Below, in pieces: positions 59,820 through 64,000 of a DNA stretch of 64,000 bases. The position numbers and the translations under genes are program-made. The stretch spans positions 26,125 to 90,124 of the forward strand of contig CAXKVF010000098.1 of assembly GCA_964057225.1 (NCBI GenBank), written 5' to 3'. How positions within the stretch are numbered: position 1 is the stretch's first letter; each line of letters opens with the position of its first letter. This stretch comes from Auanema rhodensis. Lineage: Eukaryota > Animalia > Nematoda. The notes under the pieces were generated by a model that saw only the letters and a program-made list of their open reading frames with translations, was not told the DNA's origin and searched no databases.

Positions 59820-62800
59820 ATGGGGAATCTAATTTTGAAAACCGCATCTCTTTATCTTTCACGTGAAGCGAGTTACATACCAAGTGCACATCACGTGTAC
59901 ATTTAATTAGCATAAATTAAAGTTCACGTAAATTTCAAAGTCATGGTTACCATGAACCAATATCAATAAAAATTTGTTTTTAGACTAATATGGACATGGG
60001 GAATCTAATTTTGAAAACCGCATCTCTTTATCTTTCACGTGAAGCGAGTTACATACCAAGTGCACATCACGTGTACATTTAATTAGCATAAATTAAAGTT
60101 CACGTAAATTTCAAAGTCATGGTTACCATGAACCAATATCAATAAAAATTTGTTTTTAGACTAATATGGACATGGGGAATCTAATTTTGAAAACCGCATC
60201 TCTTTATCTTTCACGTGAAGCGAGTTACATACCAAGTGCACATCACGTGTACATTTAATTAGCATAAATTAAAGTTCACGTAAATTTCAAAGTCATGGTT
60301 ACCATGAACCAATATCAATAAAAATTTGTTTTTAGACTAATATGGACATGGGGAATCTAATTTTGAAAACCGCATCTCTTTATCTTTCACGTGAAGCGAG
60401 TTACATACCAAGTGCACATCACGTGTACATTTAATTAGCATAAATTAAAGTTCACGTAAATTTCAAAGTCATGGTTACCATGAACCAATATCAATAAAAA
60501 TTTGTTTTTAGACTAATATGGACATGGGGAATCTAATTTTGAAAACCGCATCTCTTTATCTTTCACGTGAAGCGAGTTACATACCAAGTGCACATCACGT
60601 GTACATTTAATTAGCATAAATTAAAGTTCACGTAAATTTCAAAGTCATGGTTACCATGCACCAATATCAATAAAAATTTGTTTTTAGACTAATATGGACA
60701 TGGGGAATCTAATTTTGAAAACCGCATCTCTTCATCTTTCACGTGAAGCGAGTTACATACCAAGTGCACATCACGTGTACATTTAATTAGCATAAATTAA
60801 AGTTCACGTAAATTTCAAAGTCATGGTTACCATGCACCAATATCGATAAAAATTTGTTTTTAGACTAATATGGACATGGGGAATCTAATTTTGAAAACCG
60901 CATCTCTTTATCTTTCACGTGAAGCGAGTTACATACCAAGTGCACATCACGTGTACATTTAATTAGCATAAATTAAAGTTCACGTAAATTTCAAAGTCAT
61001 GGTTACCATGAACCAATATCAATAAAAATTTGTTTTTAGACTAATATGGACATGGGGAATCTAATTTTGAAAACCGCATCTCTTTATCTTTCACGTGAAG
61101 CGAGTTACATACCAAGTGCACATCACGTGTACATTTAATTAGCATAAATTAAAGTTCACGTAAATTTCAAAGTCATGGTTACCATGCACCAATATCAATA
61201 AAAATTTGTTTTTAGACTAATATGGACATGGGGAATCTAATTTTGAAAACCGCATCTCTTTATCTTTCACGTGAAGCGAGTTACATACCAAGTGCACATC
61301 ACGTGTACATTTAATTAGCATAAATTAAAGTTCACGTAAATTTCAAAGTCATGGTTACCATGAACCAATATCAATAAAAATTTGTTTTTAGACTAATATG
61401 GACATGGGGAATCTAATTTTGAAAACCGCATCTCTTTACCTTTCACGTGAAGCGAGTTACATACCAAGTGCACATCACGTGTACATTTAATTAGCATAAA
61501 TTAAAGTTCACGTAAATTTCAAAGTCATGGTTACCATGCACCAATATCAATAAAAATTTGTTTTTAGACTAATATGGACATGGGGAATCTAATTTTGAAA
61601 ACCGCATCTCTTTATCTTTCACGTGAAGCGAGTTACATACCAAGTGCACATCACGTGTACATTTAAATAGCATAAATTAAAGTTCACGTAAATTTCAAAG
61701 TCATGGTTACCATGAACCAATATCAATAAAAATTCGTTTTTAGACTAATATGGACATGGGGAATCTAATTTTGAAAACCGCATCTCTTTATCTTTCACGT
61801 GAAGCGAGTTACATACCAAGTGCACATCACGTGTACATTTAATTAGCATAAATTAAAGTTCACGTAAATTTCAAAGTCATGGTTACCATGAACCAATATC
61901 AATAAAAATTTGTTTTTAGACTAATATGGACATGGGGAATCTAATTTTGAAAACCGCATCTCTTTATCTTTCACGTGAAGCGAGTTACATACCAAGTGCA
62001 CATCACGTGTACATTTAATTAGCATAAATTAAAGTTCACGTAAATTTCAAAGTCATGGTTACCATGCACCAATATTAATAAAAATTTGTTTTTAGACTAA
62101 TATGGACATGGGGAATCTAATTTTGAAAACCGCATCTCTTTATCTTTCACGTGAAGCGAGTTACATACCAAGTGCACATCACGTGTACATTTAATTAGCA
62201 TAAATTAAAGTTCACGTAAATTTCAAAGTCATGGTTACCATGAACCAATATCAATAAAAATTTGTTTTTAGACTAATATGGACATGGGGATTCTAATTTT
62301 GAAAATCGCATCTCTTTATCTTTCACGTGAAGCGAGTTACATACCAAGTGTACATCAAGTGTACATTTAATTAGCATAAATTAAAGTTCACGTAAATTTC
62401 AAAGTCATGGTTACCATGCACCAATATCAATAAAAATTTGTTTTTAGACTAATATGGACATGGGGAATCTAATTTTGAAAACCGCATCTCTTTATCTTTC
62501 ACGTGAAGCGAGTTACATACCAAGTGCACATCACGTGTACATTTAATTAGCATAAATTAAAGTTCACGTAAATTTCAAAGTCATGGTTACCATGAACCAA
62601 TATCAATAAAAATTTGTTTTTAGACTAATATGGACATGGGGAATCTAATTTTGAAAACCGCATCTCTTTATCTTTCACGTGAAGCGAGTTACATACCAAG
62701 TGCACATCACGTGTACATTTAATTAGCATAAATTAAAGTTCACGTAAATTTCAAAGTCATGGTTACCATGCACCAATATCAATAAAAATTTGTTTTTAGA

Positions 62801-64000
62801 ATAATATGGACATGGGGAATCTAATTTTGAAAACCGCATCTCTTTATCTTTCACGTGAAGCGAGTTACATACCAAGTGCACATCACGTGTACATTTAATT
62901 AGCATGAATTAAAGTTCACGTAAATTTCAAAGTCATGGTTACCATGACCAATATCAATAAAAATTTGTTTTTAGACTAATATGGACATGGGGAATCTAAT
63001 TTTGAAAACCGCATCTCTTCATCTTTCACGTGAAGCGAGTTACATACCAAGTGCACATCACGTGTACATTTAATTAGCATAAATTAAAGTTCACGTAAAT
63101 TTCAAAGTCATGGTTACCATGAACCAATATCAATAAAAATTTGTTTTTAGACTAATATGGACATGGGGAATCTAATTTTGAAAACCGCATCTCTTTATCT
63201 TTCACGTGAAGCGAGTTACATACCAAGTGCACATCACGTGTACATTTAATTAGCATAAATTAAAGTTCACGTAAATTTCAAAGTCATGGTTACCATGCAC
63301 CAATATCAATAAAAATTTGTTTTTAGACTAATATGGACATGGGGAATCTAATTTTGAAAACCGCATCTCTTTATCTTTCACGTGAAGCGAGTTACATACC
63401 AAGTGCACATCACGTGTACATTTAATTAGCATAAATTAAAGTTCACGTAAATTTCAAAGTCATGGTTACCATGAACCAATATCAATAAAAATTTGTTTTT
63501 AGACTAATATGGACATGGGGAATCTAATTTTGAAAACCGCATCTCTTTATCTTTCACGTGAAGCGAGTTACATACCAAGTGCACATCACGTGTACATTTG
63601 ATTAGCATAAATTAAAGTTCACGTAAATTTCAAAGTCATGGTTACCATGCACCAATATCAATAAAAATTTGTTTTTAGACTAATATGGACATGGGGAATC
63701 TAATTTTGAAAACCGCATCTCTTTATCTTTCACGTGAAGCGAGTTACATACCAAGTGCACATCACGTGTACATTTAATTAGCATAAATTAAAGTTCACGT
63801 AAATTTCAAAGTCATGGTTACCATGAACCAATATCAATAAAAATTTGTTTTTAGACTAATATGGACATGGGAAATCTAATTTTGAAAACCGCATCTCTTT
63901 ATCTTTCACGTGAAGCGAGTTACATACCAAGTGCACATCACGTGTACATTTAATTAGCATAAATTAAAGTTCACGTAAATTTCAAAGTCATGGTTACCAT

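Larger units (their letters stand above)
1..64000 (+). repeat. 176-bp tandem satellite DNA array, candidate centromeric/pericentromeric satellite (362 full monomers + 1 partial)
   Basis: ATGGGGAATC recurs at 1, 177, 353, 529, 705, 881 and onward (period 176). The register shifts only at a 1-bp deletion (monomer 8801), six 26-bp insertions (41.5-51.4 kb) and a 1-bp deletion (monomer 62812). Most monomers differ from consensus at 0-2 sites. GC is 57/176. The centromeric role is inference. Confidence 0.99.

Noticed and set aside
62723-62905. 60-aa minus-strand ORF from the ORF track
   Set aside because: It is satellite sequence. It is open only because a private C>A at 62801 (TTAGACTAAT to TTAGAATAAT) changes the TAG stop found in the other monomers to TAT. 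It has no recognisable domain or gene context.
1-64000. CRISPR array or other repeat-spacer system
   Set aside because: There are no unique spacers, the entire 176 bp repeats, and no cas genes are present.

Overview
The whole 64,000-bp window is one uninterrupted head-to-tail array of an AT-rich (about 32% GC) 176-bp satellite. It holds 362 complete monomers plus a 134-bp partial one (from 63867), all in the same orientation. Consensus: ATGGGGAATCTAATTTTGAAAACCGCATCTCTTTATCTTTCACGTGAAGCGAGTTACATACCAAGTGCACATCACGTGTACATTTAATTAGCATAAATTAAAGTTCACGTAAATTTCAAAGTCATGGTTACCATG[CAC/AAC/AAG]CAATATCAATAAAAATTTGTTTTTAGACTAATATGGAC. The length, homogeneity and dyad content look like the core of a eukaryotic (peri)centromeric satellite. 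I do not recognise the family or the organism. I see no genes, RNA genes, transposons or CRISPR. The informative signal lies in the monomer variants: two variant domains meeting near 30.6 kb, several young multi-monomer duplications, a 10-mer higher-order repeat (HOR) marked by a chimeric 202-bp monomer whose two parental contexts survive in the window, and internal 11-bp and palindromic structure that seems to bias which variants occur. Variant names such as T36C give the position within the monomer. All variant tallies were made by eye.
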